Shown: piece by piece, positions 12,001-23,392 of the stretch | Layout of the letters: every line of letters begins with the position of its first letter | How positions within the stretch are numbered: the stretch's first letter is position 1 | Origin: Amoebophrya sp. A120 | Taxonomy: Eukaryota; Protista; Dinoflagellata | Direction of reading: 5' to 3' | Assembly (NCBI GenBank): GCA_905178155.1 | Contig: CAJINV010000004.1 | Span: forward strand, 10,258,381 to 10,322,380 | DNA: 64,000 bases | Notes under the pieces: model-generated | What the model was told of the DNA's origin: nothing | Databases searched by the model: none | What the model saw: only the letters and a program-made list of their open reading frames with translations | Position numbers and translations under genes: made by a program

Positions 12001-13914
12001 GTCAACAAGCGCGTCGTCGCCGTGCTGCAGGCCATCAACAAACTGCATAAAGTGGACCACTCCTCCGGCGATAAGTCCTTTACGCCCGTCAACGAAGGCT
12101 TCAGCAAGGACGACCAGTTTTTCCTCCACGTGATTGGAGTGCTCGGAAAATCCACCTTAGACGCTTGTGAATCGAAGCAGGGCGACTACCTCGCGGTGAG
12201 GAGAACGCAAGCACTGCTCGAGGCCTCCCTGGAGTTGCAATCCGGCCAGGACAGCAACCCGAACGCGGCGTTGTCGCCCCTGGATTGCATGCACCGGATC
12301 GGGAAACATATGAAGCAGTTATTTAAGGCGTTGAATGTGCAGATTTTCGTGATCAAGCACAAGGAGTCGAACTACTTGCAGCTCTGCAAGTACGACGTCA
12401 CGGGGTTGCCGAAAAACCACAATTTCGACTTGTACCAAATGTACCGCGAAAGAAGATCAAATCCGGAAACCCGGGAGTACCTATGGCGTTCTCAAACGTT
12501 ACATTCTCAACTGTTACATGAAATTTGTCATGCAAGAACCAAGAACGGCAAAAGTGCAAGGGAAAAGATTGGGCCTTTTGCATTACAGGTTTGGAGCAGA
12601 TTATAATGCTTTCTAGCGCGACGAGAAGTTGTCATGCGGAGAAGGCTTGATCGTGTGAAGAGCCAGAGCGATAGTGTTTTTGCATGACAAATCATGTTGT
12701 AACAGTTGAGAATGTAAAAACGCTTGAGAACCCCATAGTACCTACCGATGCCGTGGAGTTGCGCCTTCCTGTGTTTCCGCGACGAGTACGTGCACAGCTC
12801 GATTTTGAAGATATGACAGTGCACAACCCCCCCTCCCCCTCATTTGTATAGCATGGACGGCAATACAAGCATCAGCAAGAGTGCCGGTTTTGCATGACAA
12901 ATTTGCACTGGATTGTAGAAGTGCTCTTTGGGCTTCCAGGATTTGTCATGCAAACAGTGCTACAAGGCAAGAGCTGGATTTGGGATTTTGCATTACAAAT
13001 GAAGCGGAGGGGGAGTTGTGCACTCTCATAGAAGATCCGGGAGGAGTACAACGACGAGATTGATTTGCCTCTGTCCTTCAACAACCGGCATATGCATTGC
13101 AAATAAGTCTGGGTCTGGAAGGTTGGAACTTGTGATGCTGCATTTCGATTCCAAAAAATAAAAAATCTGTATTGCACGACGAGCAGCAAAGGGAACGCAT
13201 TTTTTGCTACGCGGAGAGGGCATTTGTCATGCGGAATGGGCATCAAGAAGCCCTCAAAAACTCTATGATGCTAGGGCATGCATCTCAGGCATCATGGATC
13301 ACATCATGCAAAACGTGCATGACAAGTCTCAGAATCTTCCAGACCCAGACACTTTTGCATTTGATACGGCAGCTGACCAAACCAAATATCCACACCTTTC
13401 CGATCTTCAAGCGAGTCCGGTCTAACGCCGACGACCAGGACCAGGCGTCGAAAAGAGGCGTGATGATCGGTATTAGTAGTGGTTTTTTGAACTACGTTGA
13501 CATCAAGGAAATTTCTTGTCACGCTACTTCCAAGCCATTTAAACAGATTCAATTAATTGTCACGCTAATACAGCATGTCCTGCTCTGCTCTGCGATGTAA
13601 TACTAATATTCGCAAAAAAAAATCCAGGTGCCATCCAGTGGATTTCGAATGGCGATGTGTCGGCGTTTGGTGACGACGGTTTGTTTCGCGGTGAATCCTC
13701 CGCAAACCACATGGGAGTCCTTTGGAAGTATTCGGACATCCTCGCTCCTTGCGTCGAGGCCTGGCAGCGGGAACTGGAAGCGAATCCGGATGATACAGGC
13801 GTCCCGAAACGACGAAGCACTACGACCAGTGAGGACTCGCAGGGAAAGCGGGAACAGAACTACATGTTGTTCTTACAGCAGAAGACCCTGCCGAAGCTGT
13901 CGTCGCAGCACTAG
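9040..13914 (+). CDS. coiled-coil plus GAF-domain protein (PDE-type GAF); about 11 exons
   Basis: Spliced product gives ADRVTVWVVD..KGLVGEAAMTGKPINIRDAYQDPRFNRNIDKQTGYRTKEVLCQPI..VVAVLQAINK. GT-AG introns at 9509-9634, ~9896-10052 (donor uncertain), 11443-11604, 11778-11963, 13470-13627, plus 5 introners. Confidence 0.8.
10783..11048. mobile_element. introner family A (non-canonical intron)
   Basis: tatgcaatgcaaatatgtctgggtctggaa..ttccaaacacagacattatttgcatttgata; DR ctcgt/ctagt; removing 271 nt gives CERLVYKEF. Confidence 0.85.
11125..11336. mobile_element. introner, singleton family
   Basis: tatcaaacaaaaaaagttcgtca..tgacaaacttttttctctccata; DR gaaga/gaagt; removing 217 nt leads into the GAF frame. 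Confidence 0.8.
12482..12737. mobile_element. introner family B
   Basis: tatggcgttctcaaacgttacattctcaactgttaca..tgtaacagttgagaatgtaaaaacgcttgagaaccccata; DR gtacc; 261 nt. Confidence 0.9.
12812..13030. mobile_element. introner family C
   Basis: tatgacagtgcacaac..gttgtgcactctcata; DR gaaga; removing 224 nt gives LKIREEYNDEIDLP. Confidence 0.9.
13091..13366. mobile_element. introner family A (opposite orientation to 10783, 19329, 36853)
   Basis: tatgcattgcaaataagtctgggtctggaag..cttccagacccagacacttttgcatttgata; DR cggca; 281 nt. Confidence 0.9.
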
Positions 13915-14985
13915 GTGGTGGAAGTTGACTGTATAGGGGGCGGCTTGCTGTCACTTCGTGGTGCTGTTTGTATACTTTTTACTTCTATTTGCCGCACTCC
14001 TCGTCCTCTCGGGCGCTGGCAGTTTTTCTGCTCTGTTTGTATCCAAGTTTACTTTACTACGCAAAGATCTAGCTCGACCGTTATGACAATAGAAAACTTT
14101 TTGCCGTTAGCGTTACTCTTGACAAGCAGTAAACCGTGGTAGTGCTGTTCAAGTGTAGGACATTGCAGGACTAGCTTTGCTCTTGCCGGTATTTGTAGAA
14201 GAAGTCGAAGAGTTTATTCGTAAAATGTACAATTCGTTCTCTCGCAAAACACCAGACGTAAATATCAATTTCGCATGTAGACATTCTCGCAGCTTCGTTC
14301 TTTCAAAGTTTTGATTACACCACGCTATGAGCTTCGCTTCTGCCAGCTTCGCATGATTCGCTTCAAAGTGTAGACATTAGACAAGCTTTCGATCAGACGC
14401 AAACATCCTATATTCTGACGAGTTTTTGTATCATTCTATCAAGATCAACCTGAAAATGCCACTGTTAAATGTTTTCGAGTTTCGTTCATCCAGGAGCGCA
14501 GTCGCTCACTGGATTTCTCTTTCGACTTCAACTTGTATAATAGACTCCTTTTGGCTTCATTTAACTCCGCATTAATTTTCTCATCTTCGAGGCTCTGAAA
14601 TGCTGAAGTACTTGTTGTCAGCCAGCGAGCCGCCGTGATCGATGGAGATGATCCGCTGCAGAATGCACGCATGTGCTTGTTCCTGTTGCTCCCCTGTGGT
14701 GGTAATCTTTTTGCACTCGTCGTTCGTGGTGTGGCCTGTGGAATGAAGATCTACCCGCTTTTTCCTTCCTCGGAAGCCGCCATGATCCTACGACCGATCG
14801 CAGTTTCATTAAGCACGCCATGGTGCTCATAATTTATTTTTGATCCTCGATTTGCGTAGCAGGAAGAGAAACTCCGAGGTCCGATTTTTGTGTCCTGTGA
14901 TCTTACAGTCACACTTCTGCTATTGCTTTCTGCTTCGCTATTTTTTCTTACGTTCCACTCGCGGAAAACGAAAAACACATTGACC

Positions 14986-15918
14986 ATGTTGCCTGTCTAC
15001 CGCGACCTGATGGGAGGCAAGCCCTTCGACCCGAATAGAACTGCTTCTTCCAGCTCATCTTCCGCCCAACAAAACCAGCCGCGCTCCGCCAGGATCATCA
15101 ACGCCACTTCGCCGGCAAACAAAACCGCCGCCGGGCCGCCTACCGGAATAAACCTGAACGGTGCAACGAGAACGAAAATCGTGATCACCCCGGTTCCCAG
15201 TGTGACGAGCAGCGAAGACACGACAAACACCACGTCAGCGTTCGTAAAGTTGAGCGGAGATTTAGTTGACGGGCAATACGAAGTAGAATCGAGTTCTTTA
15301 GGAGTTGACGTCGGCAAATCCAGCGACCGGGCAAAAAGACCAAAAGGAAGTCGCCAATTATTCCTGTCTCTTACCCGCCGCCTGTGGGATCTTTACCTCC
15401 AACGACTCGAGAAGTCCCCGTTGCAAACGAAAATCGAAACGGCGTCGGTTTGTGGCGTGCTCTCCGAATTTCTTTCAAGTTTTGTCATCATGAAACAGCG
15501 AGATCCGCAACAACTTTTGAGAGGTTTTTGGAACCAAATTTTTCTCAGCGTCGTCTTTCGCGGACCCGTGATGCACTACTGGACCACTTGGCTGAACGGA
15601 TTTGTTGCGAGAAAGAATCTGGCTTCAACGAAACTGAATGTCGCGATGAAGGTGTTGATCCACGAATCCGTCTACGATCCGAGCTTTGTCATCGCCTTTT
15701 TGTTTCTCCTGCGGCTCGTTCGGGGTCTGTCCGTGAAGGAAAGTTTCGCCGGGGCGAAGCGGGAGTTTGGGAAAGCGCTGAGAACACAGTACAGCATCTG
15801 GCCGATGATTCAGTGTCTGACTTACGCACTGGTCCCGCCAAAGCTGCAAGTTGGGTTCATAACCTTCGTAGCCATTTTCACAAACGCGTATCTCACGTTT
15901 CTGAGCACAAGGAAATGA
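14986..15918 (+). CDS. Mpv17/PMP22 family membrane protein
   Basis: YLQRLEKSPLQTK, GPVMHYW, KVLIHESVYDP, IWPMIQCLTYALVPPKLQV; N-terminal low-complexity extension. Confidence 0.85.
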   Translation: MLPVYRDLMGGKPFDPNRTASSSSSSAQQNQPRSARIINATSPANKTAAGPPTGINLNGATRTKIVITPVPSVTSSEDTTNTTSAFVKLSGDLVDGQYEVESSSLGVDVGKSSDRAKRPKGSRQLFLSLTRRLWDLYLQRLEKSPLQTKIETASVCGVLSEFLSSFVIMKQRDPQQLLRGFWNQIFLSVVFRGPVMHYWTTWLNGFVARKNLASTKLNVAMKVLIHESVYDPSFVIAFLFLLRLVRGLSVKESFAGAKREFGKALRTQYSIWPMIQCLTYALVPPKLQVGFITFVAIFTNAYLTFLSTRK

Positions 15919-16625
15919 AGGAGAAGAATGAAAGGAGAAAGCAGTTTTTAGAGCTAAGACAGCACATCATGTTCTTGTGAAGAAGAAGAAGATGCTCATA
16001 TAGCTGTCTGGAAAAAAATGAGACGGGAGAGAACAAGCGATACAAAATGTTCCAGAGCTCACTGTTCTTCTACTTCGTCTTCTTCGATAATGCTCGTCCT
16101 TTTCAGCTCCAGCTGCCCGTTGAGGTAAGCGGGGGATCACCTGCACGGTTGAAACGATCCTTTCGCCTTAGAGTACTGTCAACAAGCCCCCACGGTCTAG
16201 GGGCGACTGAGAGTTGGTAGTCTGTGAGCAGTTGGGTCTTGCTTGAATCTGCCACCACAGATCAGCAACACAGGACGAGAGAGCATATTGTACCTATATT
16301 AAAACCCATTCGAACTTCCCTTTGGGATTTTACTTTCTATATATTAAAACCCAATCACACACTGTAGAGAAATAAGACAGTGAAGAGCATTGCTGTACAC
16401 GGCGAAGCAAGACCAATTGTGTTGAACAATCCGTACAATAATTTTTAGCGGAGGTGGAGGTGAAGGTCGATTAGTTCAGACTTCTCTCATGCAGAAGCAT
16501 GATCCTTGGGTTCTTACAATATCACTAAAGTCGTACCTTTCGCGTTCCCTGTTACGTATACGTGGTACCTGCAGTTCTAAAAGACCATCTCGTCCTCCGA
16601 GCAAGGTACTTAAACTTATCCCAAG

Positions 16626-19600
16626 ATGCAAACCCGCGACCAGACACTGCATGTGTACAATGTGCCGGCTCGCGACGCGAAACTCGGCGAAAAACTTCGC
16701 AAGTACCAGCAGGTGCGTTCCGCCAGTTTTGCCGGTTTCCATGCGGAGCAATATCGTATTTAAAAACGTCCCCACCCCATAGTTGTAATGCAAATCTGCA
16801 TGCTGAAAATGTTTCTCATGCGGAGCGCCATGAGAAGCATTATCTAGTCGCGTTTTGGCATTTGTCATGCTCCAACCAGCATGTTGTACTAGATCTGTGA
16901 TGCTGCTGAACTACCTCAAACAGTACTACAGTACGAGTTCAAATTTGTCATGCAAACCAGCCAACACTTGTGGATTTGTGTAGCCGATTCCCCATTTTGA
17001 CTCTGGGGTGGGAACGTTTTTACACAGGATAAGCAAGGCCTGTACATCACCACGCGTTTCGCGGACTCCAACCAACTCCACTACGTCTCCAGCCCCTACG
17101 GGATGCGGGAGCATATCCCGCAGAAAAAAGCAGGCAGGGCATATTTGTAATGCAAAAATAAATACACAGGAAAATCTGTCATGGGCGAGGCCATAACATC
17201 CTGTTTAGGGCATGCAATACAGATTTTTTTGTCTATTTATTTTTGCATTACAAATATGACCTGTCGGTCTTTTTCTGGGGGATAGAGCAGTTAACCTTCC
17301 TGAAAGAGCCGGTGAAAATCTGCCTGACCCCGCCCCCCGAGGCCATCGCGCGAGCGGGGAACATATGAAATGCAAAAATGTCTGGGTCTGGAAGGTCACA
17401 ACTTGTGATGCATGCTGTCTGTGGATTCTATTAAAAAATTTGTATTGCATGACCAGCAAGTGCAAGAGGGGTCGGGTTCGTCCTACGTGGAGGGGGCACT
17501 TGTTCTCATGCGGTAGAGGTATCACAAAGCCCTCTAAAATCTGTGATGCTACGGCATGCATCACAGACATCATGGCTCATGGAAAATATGCTTGACAAGA
17601 AGTCTAGAATTGGCGAGTTGGTATAGTGGCCGGGAGATGATGGCGATGGCATCTCGGTGTCCGCCTGACCCACCTTCCCTGCGTGACAGCCATCTGCGGC
17701 CGTTTGCACAGGGGGAGGCAAAGTGTGTCGCACTTCTGTTTAGCATGACAAGTCTAGAAATCTTCCAGACCCAGACATATTTGCATTTGATAGAACAAAG
17801 ATGCGTTTTTGTACGGGATCGACAACGGCGGCGATATCCTGTGCAAAAGTATCGTACTCCTATTGCAATCATGCATCACAAATCTGTCGCTGAAGGCAAA
17901 GCAGCATTACAAATTTTATCTCTCATGCTGAGGAAATTTGTACTGCATTTATACGAGTGCGATACTTTTGCAGTTCATAGGCGACGAGAAGACGCAGTTT
18001 TGGCTCTTCGCCCGCGCGACGGGCGACGCAAAATTGCTCACCGATGGCAAGAGCTCGAACCGGTCCCCGCATTTCTGCCGCCAGAGCGGCGCCCTGGCTT
18101 TCAGCAGCAACGCGCGGGACGGGAAGCACTTCGATGTGTATTTGCTCTTGGAAAACCAAGTGCTCGGCGACGTGCACAGTAGTACAACCGGAGGAGCTTC
18201 TGCGAATCAGCACAAAGGCGCTCCTGGCGTTGTTGACAAATATGATCCAGAGCCGCCGAAGCCAGTGTTGATTTACCAGACGGAAGAAGTAGGGTACATG
18301 ATGGTCCAGGATTTTTACCATGAGGACCTGCTGTTAATCCGGCACTACAATTCCGTTTCCGATTCGAAAATGTTCCTTCTGCAAAAAAACGCAGAAACGA
18401 ACACGTGGAGCCGAACAGACATCGGGGCGGCGGTAGTAGCAGGAGGTGCAGCACCTTTGTCGGCAACAAACAGTACCACGACGACCCCGGCAACTACATC
18501 ATCACTAGGAGCTGCTGCTGCAAAGAACCCGTCAACTACGATCTTTTCCCTCGACGACGGTCGCTTTACGCCCAACGGCGTGGGCGTCGTTTTCAGCACG
18601 GACGCAGGGGTGAAAACTGAGTTTAAACAGTTGTGGTACTACGATATTCTGAAGAAAAAAGCCCTTCCCGTCGCCGATAACATTCCCTGGGACGTGGAGG
18701 ACGTGCACATTAGCAGCTTCGGGGACGTCCTAGTCGTGTACAACGAGGACGGCGTGTCTACCTTCTACCACAGCGTGCTCCGTGACGCGCTGGTGGCGCC
18801 CCAAGCCGGAGGCCCGGGACTATCCTCCCCGTTCCAGACGAAGATGCCCCTGAAGAATCCCCTGACCAAAATCACGCTGCAGAGTCTGCAGATCGGCGTG
18901 TTCGGGTCCGGCGCCTTTAAAGCGAACACACGGCAGTTCGGATTTTCCTACCAGCAGGCAACGAGCCCCTCGGATGTGTTTGTGGTGGACTTTCAGCGGG
19001 AAAGGAACCGGTTTTTTTCCGTGAAACGGTGGACGGAATCGGAAATCGGCGGGTTGGACTCCTCCACCTTCGTGACCCCGCACCTGATTCGCTACAAGTC
19101 CTTCGACGGGCTGGAAATACCGGCTTTCGTGTACTACCCGAATAAAGACATGATCAAGACCGGCGGAGGCGGAGGTCCCCGCCGTGTGAAGGTGGAAGTC
19201 GTGGAGCCACCAAGTGACAAACAAGAAGCTCGTGCTGAAAGCACAAAAAATAGAAATTATCCAGATGAACAACTATCACCACCCCCAGTACCACCTGGCG
19301 TTCCCGTCATCATCCACCCGCACGGGGGTATCAAATGCAAAAATGTCTGGGTCTGAAAGACTGCAAGATTTGTTATGCATATTTCTCATGACCCATGATG
19401 CCTGTAATGCATGACCTAGCATCGCAGACTTTTAGAGGTCTTCCTGATGCATCTTCCGCATGGGAATAAATGCCCTGTCCGTGTAGTAAAAACTGTACCC
19501 CTCTTGCTGGTCATGCAATACAAATTTTTTTAGAGTCCAAAAACAGCATGACAAGTTGCAATCTTCCAGACCCAGACACTTTTACAATCCATAGGGGGTC

Positions 19601-20887
19601 CGGAAGGCCAGCACCGCCCGCGGTTCGCGTCCATCTACCAGTTTCTGTGCGTGGGGCTTGGGGTGTGCATCATCGACCCGAACGTCCGGGGAAGTGCCGG
19701 GTTTGGGAAAACGTTTGTCACTCTGGACAACTTATCCTGTGCAAAAGTAATATCGTACTCGTAGTAATTGCAATCATGCATTACAAATCTTTTTCTTAAG
19801 GTAGATCCGCATTACAAATTTTATTTGTCATGCTAAAGAAATTTGTAATGCATTTATACGAATACGATACTTTTGCAGCTCATACAACTGCGAAAAGCGC
19901 GAAGACAGCGTGAAGGACATCGGGGCGCTGATTGACTGGATTTGCGACAGTGGAACTAGTATGCATCGCAAATGCATCGCACTCGTATGAAAACGAATTG
20001 CAGTCAACATACATGACAAATCTCTTTCTAAACCTGAAACAGCATCACAAATTCCACTTTTGTTCTTGCCGTCGAAATTACTTATTTGTGATGCTATTCA
20101 CGCTAGTGCGATGCTTTTGCAATGCATAACTAGTACAGAAGAAGGCAGCTCGACTATGACATCTACGGCAGCTTTACCGGCGACACCTACTTCTTCAGCG
20201 ACCGGGACCACGTCCGGGACGACTTTGAATACTAGCCTGAGCAAAAAAGAATCCTCTTTGCAAAAGTCGACCAACAACTCGAGAGCACGACGAAGTATTT
20301 TCCAGTTCGACCCACAGCGGATCGGCGTCTGGGGCGGCTCCTACGGCGGCTACATGGTGCTAGCGTCTTTGATTCACTTCAACGACAAACTCTGCTGCGG
20401 TATCGACATGGTGGGCATCAGCAATTTTGTCACGTTTTTGGAAAACACCGCGAGCTACCGACGCGAACTGCGCAGAAAGAAGTACGGCGACGAGACCGAC
20501 CCGGACATGCGGCAGCTCCTGCTGGACATCTCCCCGCTGACCAACTGCCAAAAGATCAAGGCCCCGCTCTTCATCGCGCAGGGGAAGAACGACCCCCGCG
20601 TGCCGGCTAGCGAAGCAGAGCAGATCTTCAACCAGGTGAGGCGGAACAACGGCAGGGATGCGGTTTGGTACATGCTCGCGGACGACGAGGGACACGGGTT
20701 CAGCAAGAAAAAAAACGTCGACGCGTATCAGGAAGCGATGGTGCAATTTTGGCGGAAGTTCCTGTTCAAGGAAGACATACAGGTGGAGGACGGGAGCGGA
20801 AGTGGCAATACGGGTGGACTAGTAAATTATGCAGGCGGTGGCGGATTTCTCAGAAGAATTGTCGATACCGTCTGCCGTGCCTGCTGA
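16626..20887 (+). CDS. S9 family (prolyl oligopeptidase / acylaminoacyl peptidase-like) serine peptidase; 8 exons
   Basis: After removing 7 introners: TRFADSNQLH, REQLTFLKEPV, DNGGDE, HGGPE, PNVRGS, KREDSVKDIGAL, and the triad GGSYGG / QGKNDPRVP / DEGHGF. Confidence 0.92.
16752..17031. mobile_element. introner family D
   Basis: tatcgtatttaaaaacgtccccacccca..tggggtgggaacgtttttacacaggata; DR agcaa; 285 nt. Confidence 0.9.
17114..17284. mobile_element. introner family E (almost entirely palindromic)
   Basis: tatcccgcagaaaaaag..catatttgtaatgcaaaaataaata / tatttatttttgcattacaaatatg..ctttttctgggggata; DR gagca; removing 176 nt gives REQLTF. Confidence 0.9.
17364..17792. mobile_element. introner family A with an extra internal segment
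   Basis: family-A TIRs; DR gaaca; 434 nt removed; extra sequence at ~17610-17742. Confidence 0.9.
17835..17979. mobile_element. introner family F
   Basis: tatcctgtgcaaaagtatcgtactc..gagtgcgatacttttgcagttcata; DR ggcga; removing 150 nt gives DNGGDEK. Confidence 0.9.
19329..19593. mobile_element. introner family A
   Basis: DR ggggg; removing 270 nt restores HGGPE. Confidence 0.92.
19733..19884. mobile_element. introner family F
   Basis: DR caact; removing 157 nt gives LDNCEKREDSVKD. Confidence 0.9.
19960..20128. mobile_element. introner, F-related
   Basis: tatgcatcgcaaatgcatcgcact..agtgcgatgcttttgcaatgcata; DR actag; 174 nt. Confidence 0.88.
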
Positions 20888-21762
20888 AAAGAAACGCGCT
20901 TATATTTTTTAGGTCGATTTCAGACCATTTCTTTATCGCCTGGGACTTCCTCCGAGTGGTTTCCAGAGATTGACTTAGCATTGAAATTGGCTTACGCGTG
21001 CTTGCGCAGTGCTGTTGCTGGAACTTGACAACTAGTATCCTCGGTGCATTAATCGTAATGCCAAGAAGAGCTGTTCTTGAAAATCAATGCCACTTGGGGT
21101 GTCGTGGATTAGGATTCAGTGTGTTTCAGGCAGGGTAGTTCGTTGTTTCGAGACCGTCCGCAGAGTCGTGCCTGGTCGTAGAAGTGGGATGAGGCAGCAG
21201 TCTTTCTTACATCCACCACGTTGGCGTTCGCTAATGCAACAGTGCATCTTGTTTTGTACCAGGATCAGCAAGGATTCTAAGTGCTCGCTGGAGGCAAAAT
21301 AGGGGTAGAAGAGCCTTCGTCGTATTTCTCCTCGTTTCTCCCCATCTGCTCTGTGTCTGTTCGTAGTCCCAATTGATCATCGTAATCGTATCGCGATTGT
21401 TAGTAGCTCGACGCATGATCGGGTAGTAGAACGAGTTGAAAAATCAAAATAGGCGGCACATTTTGGATTTGAGCCCTATTACCTGATACAAAAGAAGTAC
21501 TGGTACTGCGAGAACATACAGTAGAGATCTGTTTGTTTTTTTTTATTACAGTACCGAAGAAGCTTGCGCCATATTGTTTTTGGATACGCAAGCACTGCCG
21601 TGTCACTCCACAAGTATTTCGTTCTCCATCCATCTCATCGTCATCGCTTTTGTTGTGAGTCTCTCTACTACTCTCAATCCATCTCAACGTGCAAACTTTC
21701 ATCTCTGGACTACAACACTAAAGAACAAGAAGGCCCGTAGGATAGAATTCGAAAGCGGCAAA

Positions 21763-23392
21763 ATGTCTGATGACGACGGGCGGAAGAACGTAGGGCTCCC
21801 CGCCAAGCGCGAAATGCTGCAGAAGCATATGGTTGATACGTGGCAGCTTAAGTACACTCGTGTGTACGCCTCGCGTTGGGAAAAGCAACTAACTACTGGC
21901 TGGCCGAAGGCTTGCAAGGACAAGTTGTTTGGGCGGGGGATGGACACGCCGAAATTTTGGGGCGACTTTCATGCGCAGCCTTTCCAGCAGGAAAAGCAAA
22001 AGAGCGGAAAGAAGCATCTGTTTGTGACTATCGCGACCTACAACCGTGACCTGCTAGACGGTTCCGAGCAGCTGCAATTTCTCGTCGACAACTTTCCCGG
22101 CTTTCGTGCGATCGACACGACAAAGTATCTCATTTGTTCGCTTTTTTCATCTGATGCTGCGACACTAAAAGTTTGCTCATTAGAATTACATTGCTTGCAA
22201 TTCTCATTCTTCATCTATCACTATCTTCTTGATGTTCTTTTGAGACGGCCGCTTCGTTTACATCGTGGCTCGTGGAAGTGTCCCGACTCCATTATGGGCA
22301 TTGTGACATCGAAGATGTGGCATCAAAATGGAAATCCTCTAACTCAACAGATACATGGACGGTAAGGATCGGTACTATGCAATCGGAGTGCTCATTCCGC
22401 GGAATTCCGAGGTCTACAGGGAAGATGCCGAGAAGTTTGCGTGCAGCTGCCGAACCTTTGGCCTTGAAGACATTTGGTCGGCCGGTTCCGGGGCAGCGCA
22501 GGTATGGGGCTCTCAAGCGTTACGCTCTCAACTGTTGCACGATTTTGGGATGCAAGAAGAGCAAAACAAAAGGCAAAGGAGGGAGCTTGCACCTCTCGCA
22601 TTTTTACAAGTGCCCTTGGCTTGCCTTGCCCTTGGCTTGCCTTGCCCTTGGCTTGCCTTGCCCTTGGCTTGCCTTGCCCTTGGCTTGCCTTGCCCTTGGC
22701 TTGCCTTGCCCTTGGCTNNNNNNNNNNNNNNNNNNNNNNNNNNNNNNNNNNNNNNNNNNNNNNNNNNNNNNNNNNNNNNNNNNNNNNNNNNNNNNNNNNN
22801 NNNNNNNNNNNNNNNNNNNNNNNNNNNNNNNNNNNNNNNNNNNNNNNNNNNNCCTTGCCTTGCCTTGCCTTGCCTTGCCTTGCCTTGCCTTGCCTTGCCT
22901 TGCCTTGCCTTGCCTTGCCTTGCCTTGCCTTGCCTTGCCTTGCCCTGCCCCCTTGCCTTCTCTTTTACAAATCTGGCCCAGATTTCATCTATGTTGTTTG
23001 GCCCTTCGCGGACTTGTCATGCGCAGCAGCTTGATCGCGTAGCTGTTGTTGTAGTTGATGGCAATTCTGCATGACAAATCACGCAACAGTTGAGACTGTA
23101 ATGCTTGAGAACCCCATTGCACGGAAACAAGACTTCCACGCAGGTCCTGCTGGAGATCAAGCACGAAGAGAAAGAGGAAGAGTTCGCGCGGAAAAACGCC
23201 CACCTGATGCAGGAAAACAACCGGCTCGCGCAGGAGAACAGCACGCTCAAGCGGAGTAAGGTCCGGTTGGAACAAGAGCTGCAGAAAAAAGCTACAGGAA
23301 CCCCGGACAAGAAGCGCCAGAGAACCAGCGTAGATGATTTTTGGGCGAATCTACCAATCCTAGATGACGAGTTCTTCGCTGTCAAGAAATGA
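21763..23392 (+). CDS. hypothetical protein with C-terminal coiled coil; 3 exons
   Basis: ORFs 21574, 22355 and 23105 joined by a GT-AG intron at 22125-22350 (frame-consistent) and a family-B introner. Confidence 0.6.
22503..23118. mobile_element. introner family B expanded by a CCTTG-type satellite (contains an assembly gap)
   Basis: tatggggctctcaagcgttac..gcttgagaaccccatt; DR gcagg/gcacg; join gives AAQGNKTSTQ. Confidence 0.8.
22611..22960. repeat. (cttgccttgcccttgg)n then (ccttg)n microsatellite; N gap 22718-22852
   Basis: read directly from the sequence. Confidence 0.95.

Noticed and set aside
15867-15878. cgtagccatttt matches 12 nt of the dinoflagellate spliced leader
   Set aside because: It lies inside the Mpv17 CDS (FVAIF) and the match does not continue into ggctcaag; likely chance.
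16178-16212. gtcaacaagcccccacggtctaggggcgac, faintly like an IS200/IS605-type end
   Set aside because: Weak hairpin, single copy, and no TnpB, IscB or Fanzor ORF nearby.
22272-23074. ORFs with LALPC repeats
   Set aside because: Translation of the CCTTG satellite inside an introner.
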